Shown: positions 10,530 to 24,543 of the stretch, piece by piece
Numbering within the stretch: position 1 is the stretch's first letter
How the letters are laid out: every line of letters starts with the position of its first letter
Origin: Eledone cirrhosa
Taxonomy: Eukaryota
Direction: 5' to 3'
Assembly (NCBI GenBank): GCA_964016885.1
Contig: OZ024750.1
Coordinates: 53,072,001 to 53,136,000, forward strand
DNA length: 64,000 bases
Program-made: the position numbers and the translations under genes
The notes under the pieces: generated by a model
Told to the model about the DNA's origin: nothing
The model's input: only the letters and a program-made list of their open reading frames with translations
The model's database searches: none

Positions 10530-10750
10530 TCATATGTGGTTAAGAAGTTTGGAATCATGTGGTATTGGGTTCAATTCCCACTGACATCATGGGCAAGTAT
10601 TTTCCAATGCCTTGGGATGAGCAATGTCTTGAAGGTGAAAAGAAACTAGGCAGATATTTTACAATTAGATGCCTTTGTGTGTGTGTTCATTTCTGTGCGT
10701 CTTTTTCACATCGACACTGCTTTGGCAGCTGGTGACATTTGTTTATGTCC
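10530..10750 (+). mobile_element. Old tRNA-derived SINE (octopus OR/CORE-like)
   Basis: TGTGGTTAAGAAGTTTG..GGGTTCAATTCCCACTG..GGGCAAGT; related copies at 23945 (+) and 26000-26212 (-). Confidence 0.6.
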
Positions 10751-10762
10751 CGTCACTCTGGT

Positions 10763-10965
10763 TTAACCCTTTAGCATATCTGGCCAGAATTCTCTCACCT
10801 CTTTGTGTTCAAACTGGCTGTAACTGATTGCTCATACTGACATTAATGTATTGTTCTCAAAGTAAATAATATCAAAATCCCATAGATTCAATATTATGTG
10901 AGATAAAGCTTTTACTGTGAAAATACAATAGTATATATAGAGTGATGTAAATGCTAAAGGGTTAA
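10763..10965. mobile_element. TTAA-flanked MITE, family 2 (piggyBac-type ends)
   Basis: TTAA-CCCTTTAGCAT ... ATGCTAAAGGG-TTAA: perfect 11-bp TIR plus TTAA duplication. Confidence 0.85.
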
Positions 10966-11116
10966 TGTGTGAAGATTGTTTCAAAAAAGGGCTAGCCTCA
11001 CTTTGCAAGGGCCTCTGGCTATGGAATACTGTTTCAAGGAATTACAGAGAACCCTCAAACCTTTAGAAAAATAAATTCCTGATTACCTTTCAGTTGACTC
11101 CTCATTTACTGTATGT

Positions 11117-11347
11117 TTAACACTTCTGATACCAAACCACATGAAACCACCCCTCGTTCTAGGATACTAATCTGCTTATTTCAAAGTTTTTATTTATCTA
11201 AAAATAATTCAACACAATTTTATGTATGAACTTAATTTATGAGACAGTTTCTTATACTAAATAGCTTCAAATTCTTGATTGTTTTCTAAATTATTTGAAA
11301 ACCATAGGCAGTGTCTTTCATTAGAAAGTTGGTAACGAAAAGGTTAA
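11117..11347. mobile_element. TTAA-flanked MITE, family 1 (shares an end with the piggyBac at 7575)
   Basis: Ends in TTAGAAAGTTGGTAACGAAAAGGTTAA. Related copies or fragments at ~200-340, ~420-620, 26342-26810, 39866-40068, 40439-40490 and 41640-41950. Confidence 0.8.
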
Positions 11348-11509
11348 ATTGTGTTGGGTCTTAAATTTCCTCTGAAACATAACATTTTATTTTAAATGAG
11401 AGAAGGGTCTCTGGCCATAGAATATTGCCTCAAAATGTTTTGTAGAACCCCAAATCCGCACAAAATTTTTCCCGAGTATCTTAGCGTTGGCACATCTCTC
11501 GTATGTTTA

Positions 11510-11731
11510 TGAACACATGTGGCCTAGTGGTTAGGTTGTTGAACTCCTGATCATCAGTGTCATGGGCTTGATTCCTAGACTGGACAACACGTGTTCTTGA
11601 ACAAAAAACTTAATTTTTGATGATTTTTATATATGAGCCCAATAAAACACTCCAAGAAACCTCTTGTGATGCCATCTTGTAAAAGGCAGAGGTGTGACCT
11701 GCAAATTCCATTTCATTTTTCCTCCCATATA
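11510..11731 (+). mobile_element. Degenerate tRNA-SINE with 9-bp TSD
   Basis: TGTGGCCTAGTGGTTAG..GGGCTTGATTCCTAGACTGG head; flanked by GTATGTTTA at 11501-11509 and 11732-11740. Confidence 0.65.
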
Positions 11732-12081
11732 GTATGTTTAAAATGTGTTGAGTATTTATTACCTTACCGTATATATTTCAGTATAAAATACCTTCATCAA
11801 AAGAATTGAGGAAACTGAGTAGGATATCTTGTGTTATTCTTATGCTGCTAAGATTTTTAAAATGGCATAAGATATCCTGTTCTGAATTACTTTCAAGTCT
11901 TTTTTTGATGAAGAAATATGTTTTTCTGTTTTTATTTTTAATAAGGATTTAAAAACAAGCAAGTTTTAGCCCAGGAAGGTCTCTGGCTGTAGAATACTAC
12001 CTCAAAAGGTCTTAGAACCTGAAAATGTTATAAAATTTTATTCCTGAATATCTTAGTGTTGACTCATCACCTCAAGTATAT

Positions 12082-12298
12082 TTAACTTAACACCCTGTAA
12101 CGATTTAACAGAAAATACATAAACATTTGAATCAACAAACTGGCTTTTAAGTATCTTTAATGGCAGAAAAATCCCTGTGAAAAATTAGCAATATTTGAAG
12201 CAAAGACTTCAATTTTTAATGTGGTGCAGTCAGTGTTGCTTTGTACTTTTCAAAAATGACTAATACAGTTTTATACCGTACAGGATGTTAAGAGTTAA
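12082..12298. mobile_element. TTAA-flanked MITE, family 3
   Basis: TTAA-CTTAACACCCTGTA ... TACAGGATGTTAAGAG-TTAA; an inverted homologous copy lies at 27327-27547. Confidence 0.7.
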
Positions 12299-12427
12299 AA
12301 TGTCTTCATGTTACATTTCCTTTCAAACACAATAGCTTTTTGTATTTTAAATGATGGTTTCAAAATAAGGGTAAGCATTAAGAATGGTCCTTAACCATAG
12401 AATATTGCCTCAAAAGGTTCCATAGAA

Positions 12428-15400
12428 CTATATGGTTACTACCATAACACCACATATCTACTATAATATACAGTTACTACGATAACACCACATATCTACT
12501 ATACTATACAGTTCCTACCATAACACCCTAAACCTACTATACTACAGAGTTCCTACCATAACACCACATATCTACTATACTATACAGTTCCTACCATAAC
12601 ACTACATATCTACTATACTATACAGTTCCTACCATAACACCACATATCTACTATACTATACAGTTCCTACCATAACACCATATATCTACTATACTATATA
12701 ATTATTACCATAACATCATATATCTACTATACTATATAGTTACTACCAAAACACCACATATCTACTACACTATACAGTTACGACCATAACACATATCTGC
12801 TATACTATATAGTTACTACCATAACACCCCATATCTACTATACTATATAGTTACTACCATAACACCACATTACTATACTATATAGTTACTACCATAACAC
12901 ATATCTACTATACTATATAGTCAATACCATAAAACCATATATCTACTATACTACAGAGTTACTACCATAACACCACATATCTACTATACTATATAGTTAC
13001 TACCATAACACCACATATCTACTATACTATATAGTTACTACCATAACACCACATATCTACTATACTATATAGTCACTACCATAAAACCACATATCTACTA
13101 TACTATATAGTTACTACGATAACACCACATATCTACTGTACTATACAGTTCCTACCATAACACCACATATCTACTATACTATATAGTTACTACCATAACA
13201 CCATATATCTACTATACTATATAGTTACTACGATAACACCACATATCTACTGTACTATACAGTTCCTACCATAACACCACATATCTACTATACTATATAA
13301 TTACTACCATAACACCATATATCTACTATACTATATAATTACTACCATGACACAACATACCTACTATACTAAATAGTTACTGCCATAACACCATATATCT
13401 ACTATACTATATAGTTACTACCATAACACCACATATCTACTATACTTTATAGTTCCTACCATAACACCATATATCTACTATACTATGTAGTTACTACCAT
13501 AACACCATATATCTACTATACTATATAATTACTACCATAACACCATATATCTACTATACTATATAGTTACTACCATAACACCATATATCTACTATACTAT
13601 GTAGTTACTACCATAACACCACATATCTACTATACTATATAATTACTACCATAACACCATATATCTACTATACTATATAGTTACTGCCATAACACCATAT
13701 ATCTACTATACTATATAGTTCCTACCATAACACCACATATCTACTATACTATATAGTTCCTACCATAACAGCACATATCTACTATACTATATAGTTCCTA
13801 CCATAACACCACATATCCATATCTACTATACTATATAGTTCCTACCATAACACCACATATCTACTATACTATACAGTTACTACCATAACACCATATATCT
13901 ACTATACTATATAGTTACTACCATAACACCATATATCTACTATACTATACAGTTACTACCATAACACCATATATCTACTATACTATACTATACAGTTCCT
14001 ACCATAACACCACATATCTACTATACTATATAGTTACTACCATAACACCACATATCTACTATAATATACAGTTACTATGATAACACCACATATCTACTGT
14101 ACTATACAGTTACTACCATAACACCATATCTACTATACTATATAGTTCCTACCATAACACCCTAAAGCTACTATACTACAGAGTACCTATCATAACACCA
14201 CATATCTACTATACTATACAGTTACTACCATAACACCATATCTACTATACTATATAGTTCCTACCATAACACCCTAAAGCTACTATACTACAGAGTACCT
14301 ATCATAACACCACATATCTACTATACTATACAGTTCCTACCATAACACCACATATCTACTATACTATATAGTTCCTACCATAACACCATATATCTACTAT
14401 ACTATACAGTTACTACCATAACACCACATATCTACTATACTATATAGTTCCTACCATAACACCACATATCTACTATACTACAGAGTTCCTACCATAACAC
14501 CACATATCTACTATACTATACAGTTACTACCATAACACCACATATCTACTATACTATACAGTTACTACCATAACACCACATGTCTACTATACTATATAGT
14601 TACTACCATAACACCACATATCTACTACACAATGTAGTTCCTACCATAAGACCATATATCTAATATACTATACAGTTACTACCATAACACCATATATCTA
14701 CTATACTATATAGTTCCCACCATAACACCACATATCTACTATACTATATAGTTCCTACCATAACACCACATATCTACTATACTATATAGTTCCTACCATA
14801 ACACCCCATATCTACTATACTATACAGTTCCTACCATAACACATATCTACTATACTATATAGTTCCTACCATAACACCACATATCTACTATACTATACAG
14901 TTACTACCATAACACCATATATCTACTATACTATATAGTTACTACCATAACACCACATATCTACTATACTATACAGTTACTACCATTTACACCATATATC
15001 TACTATACTATACAGTTTCTACCATAACACCACATACCTACTATACTATATAGTTACTACCATAACAGCACATATCTACTATACTATACAGTTACTACCA
15101 TAACACCACATATCTCCTATAATATATAGTTCCTACCATAACACCACATATCTACTATACTATATAGTTCCCACCATAACACCACATATCTACTATACTA
15201 TACAGTCACTACCATAACACCACATATCTACTATACTACAGAGTTCCTACCATAACACCACATATCTACTATACTATATAGTCACTACCATAACACCACA
15301 TATCTACTATACTATATAGTTCCTACCATAACAGCACATATCTACTATACTATATAGTTCCTACCATAACACCACATATCCATATCTACTATACTATATA

Positions 15401-18400
15401 GTTCCTACCATAACACCACATATCTACTATACTATACAGTTACTACCATAACACCATATATCTACTATACTATATAGTTACTACCATAACACCACATATC
15501 TACTATACTACACAGTTCCTACCATAACACCATATATCTACTATACTATACTATACAGTTACTACCATAACACCACATATCTACTATAATATACAGTTAC
15601 TATGATAACACCACATATCTACTGTACTATACAGTTACTACCATAACACCATATCTACTATACTATATAGTTCCTACCATAACACCCTAAAGCTACTATA
15701 CTACAGAGTACCTATCATAACACCACATATCTACTATACTATACAGTTCCTACCATGACACTACATATCTACTATACTATATAGTTCCTACCATAACACC
15801 ACATATCTACTATAGTATATAGTTACTACCATAACACATATCTACTATACTATATAGTTACTACCATAACACCCCATATCTGCTATACTATATAGTTCCT
15901 ACCATAACACCACATATCTACTATACTATATAGTTACTACCATAACACTACATATCTACTATACTATATAGTTACTACCATAACACCACATATCTACTAT
16001 ACTATATAGTTACTACCATAACACCACATATCTACTATACTATACAGTTACTACCATAACACCACATACCTACTATACTATACAGTTACTACCATAACAC
16101 CACATACCTACTATACTATACAGTTACTACCATAACACCATATATCTACTATACTATATAGTTACTACCATAACACATATCTACTATACTATATAGTTCC
16201 TACCATAACACCATATATCTACTATACTATACAGTTACTACCATAACACCATATATCTACTATACTATACAGTTACTACCATTTACACCATATATCTACT
16301 ATACTATACAGTTACTACCATAACACCACATATCTACTATACTATACAGTTACTACCATAACACCATATATCTACTATACTATACAGTTACTACCATTTA
16401 CACCATATATCTACTATACTATATAGTTACTACCATAACACCACATATCTACTATACTATACAGTTACTACCATTTACACCATATATCTACTATACTATA
16501 CAGTTTCTACCATAACACCACATATCTCCTATAATATATAGTTCCTACCATAACACCATATATGTACTATACTATAAAGTTACTACCATAACACCACATA
16601 TCTACTATACTATATAGTCACTACCATAACACCACATATCTACTATACTACAGAGTTCCTACCATAACACCATATATCTACTATACTATATAGTCACTAC
16701 CATAACACCACATATCTACTATACTATATAGTTACTACCATAACACATATCTGCTATACTATATAGTTCCTACCATAACACCACATATCTACTATACTAT
16801 ATAGTTCCTACCATAACACCACATATCTACTATACTATACAGTCACTACCATAACACCACATATCTACTATACTACAGAGTTACTACCATAACACCCCAT
16901 ATCTACTATACTATATAGTTCCTACCATAACACCACATATCTAGTATACTATACAGTTCCTACCATAACACCATATATCTACTATACTATACAGTTACTA
17001 CCATAACACCACATATCTACTATATTATACATTTACTACCATAACACCACATATCTACTATACTATATACTTACTACCATAACACTACATATCTACTATA
17101 CTATATAGTTACTACCATAAGACCATATATCTAATATACTATATAGTTCCTACCATTACACCCTAAACCTACTATACTACAGAGTTCCTACCATGACACT
17201 ACATATCTACTATACTATTTAGTTATTACCATAACACGATATATCTACTATACTATATAGTTACTACCATAACACCACATATCTAGTATACTATATAGTT
17301 ACTACCATAACACCACATATCTACTATACTATATAGTTACTACCATAACACCACATATCTACTATACTATATAGTTCCTACCATAACACCATATATCTAC
17401 TATACTATACAGTTACTACCATAACACCATATATCTACTATACTATATAGTTCCTACCATAACACCACATATCTACTATACTATATAGTTACTACCATAA
17501 CACCATATATCTACTATACTATATAGTTACTACCATAACACCATATATCTACTATACTATATAGTTACTACCATAACACGATATATCTACTATACTATAT
17601 AGTTACTACCATAACACGATATATCTACTATACTATATAGTTACTACCATAACACCACATATCTACTATAGTATATAGTTACTACCATAACACCACATAT
17701 CTACTATAGTATATAGTTACTACCATAACACCACACATCTACTATACTATAAAGTTACTACCATAACACCACATATCTACTATACTATATAGTCACTACC
17801 ATAACACCACATATCTACTATACTACAGAGTTCCTACCATAACACCACATATCTACTATACTATACAGTTCCTACCATAACACTACATATCTACTATACT
17901 ATATAGTTCCTCCCATAACACCATATATATACTATATTATACTATACATTTACGACCATAACACCACATATCTACTATACTATATAGTTCCTACCATAAC
18001 ACCCCATATCTACTATACTATATAGTTCCTACCATAACACCCCATATCTACTATACTACAGAGTTCCTACCATAACACCACATATCTACTATACTATACA
18101 GTTACTACGATAACGCCACATATCTACTGTACTATACAGTTCCTACCATAACACCATATCTACTATACTATATAGTTCCTACCATTACACCCTAAACCTA
18201 CTATACTACAGAGTTCCTACCATAACACCACATATCTACTATACTATACAGTTCCTACCATAACACTACATATCTACTATACTACAGAGTTCCTACCATA
18301 ACACTACATATCTACTATACTATATAGTTCCTACCATAACACCACATATCTACTATACTATACAGTTCCTACCATAACACCATATATCTACTATACTACA

Positions 18401-19325
18401 CAGTTCCTACCATAACACCACATATCGACTATACTATACAGTTACTACCATAACACCACATATCTACTATACTATATAGTTCCTACCATAACACAACATA
18501 CCTACTATACTATACAGTTACTACCATAACACCACGTATCTACTATACTATACATTTACTACCATAACACCACATATCTACTATACTATACAGTTCCTAC
18601 CATAACACCATATATCTACTATACTATATAGTTCCTACCATAACACCACATATCGACTATACTATACAGTTACTACCATAACACCACATATCTACTATAC
18701 TATATAGTTCCTACCATAACACAACATACCTACTATACTATATAGTTACTACCATAACACCATATATCTACTATACTATATAGTTACTACCATAACACCA
18801 TATATCTACTATACTATATAGTTACTACCATAACACCATATATCTACTATACTATATAGTTACTACCATAACACCACATATCTACTAATTTATATAGTTA
18901 CTACCATAACACCATATATCTACTATACTATATAGTTACTACCATAACACCATATATCTACTATACTATATAGTTACTACCATAACACCACATATCTACT
19001 AATTTATATAGTTACTACCATAACACCACATATCTACTATACTATATAGTTACTACCATAACACCACATATCTACTATACTATACAGTTACTACCATAAC
19101 ACCACATATCTACTATACTATATAGTTACTACCATAACACCACATATCTACTATACTATACAGTTACTACCATAACACCACATATCTACTATACTATACA
19201 GTTACTACCATAACACCATATATCTACTATACTATACAGTTACTACCATAACACCTTATATCTACTAATTTATATAGTTACTACCATAACACCATATATC
19301 TACTATACTATATAGTTACTACCAT
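12428..19325. repeat. 38-bp satellite, ~180 copies
   Basis: Unit ACTACCATAACACCACATATCTACTATACTATATAGTT, period measured 12961->12999. Contains the palindrome ACTATATAGT and is very G-poor on the + strand. Confidence 0.98.
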
Positions 19326-20783
19326 CACATCCAATGCTATAGAATTATTTTTTCATTTTATGTATGTCCTTCCAATCATTGTTAATGCTGGAGCACTACT
19401 CCGAAAGGATTTAGTTGATTACAATAACCACATCATCAGTTAGACGAGTTGTCCACAGTAATTATATTTTTTTTTCATTGATCTTTTTTGGTAAAACTAA
19501 GTTTCGGGACATAAATATAGGGGCATGAAGGCTGGGAGACACACATCATCATCATTTAATGTTTGTTTTTCAACAAAAGCACCCAGTCCATCATGTAAGA
19601 TGGTCGTGCTGGTGACATGACAAAAGCACCCAGTCCACCCTGTAAGGTGGTTGTTCTGGTGACATGACAAAAAGCACTCTTTTAATGTTAGCAACCTCAG
19701 CTCTACCATATAACTAATTTCCTGGTGATAGGAAGTAGGATTTGAACTAAGAAAGTACAGAGCCAGGACAGATGCTGCAAAGGATCCAATGTTTTAACAA
19801 TTCTGTTAATTCACCACTCCTAGACTTTTTTTTAATTATCTGCCCCTCTGAAAGGATGAAAAGCAAAGTTGACCCCAGTAGGATTTGAGAACTAAGAGTG
19901 CTGAAAATGAAATATCACTAAGTATATAACACCACAGTGACTCTGCCAACTCACCTCTCTATTCCACTAATGGATCTTTTATATTAAACTTTGTTTCATT
20001 CACATCCACCTAATTTGTTTTTTAAATATAACACATTTTTCTCAGTGAAGTTTTAAATGTGAAGAAGTGAATAAAATTGGCCTTCACTCATTTTTACTTT
20101 TCTTCTACTTCCCCTCTTCATTGTTAACTTAAATTGTTGTTTTGTTTCCTTTGAGATAGGGTTAACATTTTTAGAAGTTCTCAGCTGCAAATATAATCAG
20201 TTTCATGCTAATTAAGTTAAGGAGTATTTTACTGAATGCTGTGTACCAAATATTTTAAATTAAAATCTTAATTGGTGAAAGGAAACAAAAATGACTGAAA
20301 AAAACCCCCATCAAAACAAAAGATATTTTCAAGAAATTAAAAATTAATTCCTTAAAGTTAATTTCTATGATTTGGGGAAGCTATGGTAATGTGTTTCAGT
20401 GTTGTATCAAATACCTTTGTTAATTAAATCTAATTATTATTATGAGCTAAGCTAACATCTACATGGTCACTCAACTTGTTAGAAATAGCATCCACATCCC
20501 TCATATCACACCATACCTAGATGATATATAGTCTTGGATAAAGAAAGAAATGGTTTTATGATCTTCAACGTCTTTGATGAGTGTCCAGTCAAGGCTAACT
20601 TGGAGCTAAACAGGAAAAAGCCACAATTAAATAATAAGAAATGCATAAAGCTATATAAGGCTGCTATAACTGCTTTCATGTATATTTTAGACACTTTAGA
20701 TGAGTTAGGGAAGAACCCTCTGATTGTTTTCTTTTGAACCATTTTTGTTTTTACATTTGAAAAGAGGGTATTGAGTAATGGTG

Positions 20784-22010
20784 GGAAGTTGTGCTGGGAA
20801 AGACCCATCTAACCCATGGAAGTTGTGCTGGGAAAGACCCATCTAACCCATGGAAGTTGTCCTGGGAAAGACCCATCTAACCCCTGGAAGTTGTGCTCGG
20901 AAAGACCCATCTAACACATGGAAGTTGTGCTCGGAAAGATCCATCTAACACATGGAAGTTGTGCTCGGAAAGACCCATCTAACACATGGAAGTTGTGCTC
21001 GGAAAGACCCATCTAACACATGGAAGTTGTGCTCGGAAAGACCCATCTAACACATGGAAGTTGTGCTCGGAAAGACCCATCTAACCCATGGAAGTTGTGC
21101 TCGGAAAGACCCATCTAACCCATGGAAGTTGTGCTCGGAAAGACCCATCTAACCCATGGAAGTTGTGCTCGGAAAGACCCATCTAACCCATGGAAGTTAT
21201 GCTGGGAAAGACCCATCTAACACATGGAAGTTGTGCTGGGAAAGACCCATCTAACACATGGAAGTTGTGCTGGGAAAGACCCATCTAACACATGGAAGTT
21301 GTGCTGGGAAAGACCCATCTAACACATGGAAGTTGTGCTCGGAAAGACCCATCTAACACATGGAAGTTGTGCTGGGAAAGACCCATCTAACACATGGAAG
21401 TTGTGCTCGGAAAGACCCATCTAACACATGGAAGTTGTGCTGGGAAAGACCCATCTAACACATGGAAGTTGTGCTCGGAAAGACCCATCTAACACATGGA
21501 AGTTGTGCTCGGAAAGACCCATCTAACACATGGAAGTTGTGCTGGGAAAGACCCATCTAACACATGGAAGTTGTGCTGGGAAAGACCCATCTAACACATG
21601 GAAGTTGTGCTGGGAAAGACCCATCTAACACATGGAAGTTGTGCTGGGAAAGACCCATCTAACCCATGGAAGTTGTGCTCGGAAAGACCCATCTAACACA
21701 TGGAAGTTGTGCTCGGAAAGACCCATCTAACACATGGAAGTTGTGCTCGGAAAGACCCATCTAACACATGGAAGTTGTGCTGGGAAAGACCCATCTAACC
21801 CATGGAAGTTGTGCTCGGAAAGACCCATCTAACACATGGAAGTTGTGCTGGGAAAGACCCATCTAACCCCTGGAAGTTGTGCTCGGAAAGACCCATCTAA
21901 CACATGGAAGTTGTGCTGGGAAAGACCCATCTAACCCATGGAAGTTGTGCTCGGAAAGACCCATCTAACCCATGGAAGTTGTGCTCGGAAAGACCCATCT
22001 AACACACGGA
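20784..22010. repeat. 34-bp minisatellite, ~36 copies
   Basis: Unit GGAAGTTGTGCT(G/C)GGAAAGACCCATCTAAC(A/C)CAT; highly homogeneous. Confidence 0.98.
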
Positions 22011-22069
22011 AACACAAAACATAAAAAAGATGATAATGATGAAGTCTCTTGATATATTTGTTCTGTGTT

Positions 22070-23663
22070 TCTGACAGACCTATGAAGTCCTTCTCTGTCT
22101 GACAGACCTATGAAGTCCTTCTCTGTCTGACAGACCTATGAAGTCCTCTGTCTGACAGACCTATGAAGTCCTTCTCTGTCTGACAGACCTATGAAGTCCT
22201 TCTCTGTCTGACAGACCTATGAAGTCCTTCTCTGTCTGACAGACCTATGAAGTCCTTCTCTGTCTGACAGACCTATGAAGTCCTCTGTCTGACAGACCTA
22301 TGAAGTCCTTCTCTGTCTGACAGACCTATGAAGTCCTTCTCTGTCTGACAGACCTATGAAGTCCTTCTCTGTCTGACAGACCTATGAAGTCCTTCTCTGT
22401 CTGACAGACCTATGAAGTCCTCTGTCTGACAGACCTATGAAGTCCTCTGTCTGACAGACCTATGAAGTCCTTCTCTGTCTGACAGACCTATGAAGTCCTC
22501 TGTCTGACAGACCTATGAAGTCCTTCTCTGTCTGACAGACCTATGAAGTCCTCTGTCTGACAGACCTATGAAGTCCTTCTCTGTCTGACAGACCCATGAA
22601 GTCATTCTCTGTCTGACAGACCTATGAAGTCCTCTGTCTGACAGACCTATGAAGTCCTCTGTCTGACAGACCTATGAAGTCCTTCTCTGTCTGACAGACC
22701 TATGAAGTCCTCTGTCTGACAGACCTATGAAGTCCTCTGCCTGACAGACATATGAAGTCCTCTGTCTGACAGACCTATGAAGTCCTCTGTCTGACAGACC
22801 TATGAAGTCCTCTGTCTGACAGACATGAAGTCCTCTGTCTGACAGACCTATGAAGTCCTCTGTCTGACAGACCTATGAAGTCCTCTGTCTGACAGACCTA
22901 TGAAGTCCTCTGTCTGACAGACCTATGAAGTCCTCTGTCTGACAGACCTATGAAGTCCTCTGCCTGACAGACATATGAAGTCCTCTGTCTGACAGACCTA
23001 TGAAGTCCTCTGTCTGACAGACCTATGAAGTCCTCTGTCTGACAGACCTATGAAGTCCTCTGTCTGACAGACATATGAAGTCCTCTGTCTGACAGACCTA
23101 TGAAGTCCTCTGTCTGACAGACCTATGAAGTCCTCTGTCTGACAGACCTATGAAGTCCTCTGTCTGACAGACCTATGAAGTCCTCTGTCTGACAGACCTA
23201 TGAAGTCCTCTGTCTGACAGACCTATGAAGTCCTCTGTCTGACAGATCTATGAAGTCCTCTGTCTGACAGATCTATGAAGTCCTCTGTCTGACAGACCTA
23301 TGAAGTCCTCTGTCTGACAGACATATGAAGTCCTCTGTCTGACAGACCTATGAAGTCCTCTGTCTGACAGACCTATGAAGTCCTCCTCTGTCTGACAGAC
23401 CTATGAAGTCCTTCTCTGACTGACAGACCTATGAAGTCCTTCTCTGTCTGACAGACCTACGAAGTCCTTCTCTGACTGACAGACCTATGAAGTCCTCTGT
23501 CTGACAGACCTATGAAGTCCTCTGTCTGACAGACCTATAAAGTCCTTCTCTGTTTGACAGACCTATGAAGTCCTTCTCTGTCTGACAGACCTACGAAGTC
23601 CTTCTCTGTCTGACAGACCTACGAAGTCCTTCTCTGACTGATGGACCTATGAAGTCCTTCTCT
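22070..23663. repeat. 28/25-bp minisatellite, ~60 copies
   Basis: Unit TCTGACAGACCTATGAAGTCC(TTC)TCTG; the two length variants differ by 3 bp. Confidence 0.98.
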
Positions 23664-23944
23664 GCAGGGTTGCTCAATCCACCTATTATGAAAGTTTCCT
23701 TTCTAGCATTGATTGGACAGATTGTTGCAGTTTGAGACTAGGCCTTCCTCACCCCAACCACTTTACAGAGTGTACTGGGTGCATTTTATTATGACTTACA
23801 AAATTAAATTTTGAACATGACTGTCCTTGATATACAAAAAGACAGGATAGTCATGAATGGAATCCAGATAAGAAGTTAAATTTTAAAAAATGTTTAACTT
23901 CTATTGAATATTTATCCTATATTTGTAGGCCCAGCTAAAGTTCA

Positions 23945-24100
23945 GTTACATGGTTAAGATGTTTGCTTCGCAACCACATGGTTTTGGGTTCAATCTGACT
24001 ATGCAGCAGCTTAGGCAAATGTTTTCTATTACCTCAGGCTAATCAATGCCTTGTGAGTGAAATTTGGCAGACAGAAACTCTGTGGAAGCCCATTGTGTGT
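23945..24100 (+). mobile_element. tRNA-derived SINE (octopus OR/CORE-like)
   Basis: GGTTAAGATGTTTGCTTCGCAACCACATGGTTTTGGGTTCAAT..GGCAAATG..GCCTTGTGAGTGAAATTTGGCAGACAGAAACT. Confidence 0.75.
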
Positions 24101-24224
24101 CCCCCCACATGTCTTGGGCAGTTGATGATGTTTATGTATTGCAGCTTAGTGGGTTCATAACAATCAGTGGAATAGATACCTTGATTGCAAGTACCCACAT
24201 ACTTGAAAACAAGTCAGTCCTATC

Positions 24225-24340
24225 ATGAAGTGCAATGTGAAATGAAGTATCTTGCTCAAGAACACAACATGCCACCATGTCTTGGAATGAAACCTATGAT
24301 CCTATGGTCATGACCCTAACCAGTAAGCCATGCACCTTCA
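24225..24340 (-). mobile_element. Degenerate tRNA-SINE head (related to the 1831-2166 family)
   Basis: GCAATGTGAAATGAAGTATCTTGCTCAAGAACACAAC..CTAACCAGTAAGCCATGCACCTTC. Confidence 0.7.
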
Positions 24341-24508
24341 CTATCTATTGCCAGACGCTGATGACGATTATTTGAATGAAGTGAGATTTCTAGCTGAAAT
24401 ATTTATTGCCAATTTAACAATCACTTGAACAAAATCAATAAACTTTTAAACATAAATTAACTGGTAAAAAATAGTTAAAATCTATAATCCACCCAGATTG
24501 TTCTGTAG

Positions 24509-24543
24509 CCATGCTGTGTAGCATTTGGAAGAGATTCCAGCGT
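24509..24543 (+). CDS. Candidate 35-bp internal exon of an unidentified host gene
   Basis: ttgttctgtAG| ... |GTGAGT in non-repetitive DNA; open as (x)MLCSIWKRFQR or PCCVAFGRDSS. Splice signals only. Confidence 0.25.

Noticed and set aside
20784-23663. 34-bp and 28-bp repeats as CRISPR arrays
   Set aside because: Head-to-tail units with no unique spacers, no cas genes and a eukaryotic context.
22070-23663. CTGACAGA..GAAG..TC as a tandem hammerhead (retrozyme) array
   Set aside because: Does not match CUGANGA/GAAA, and no stems II or III form.
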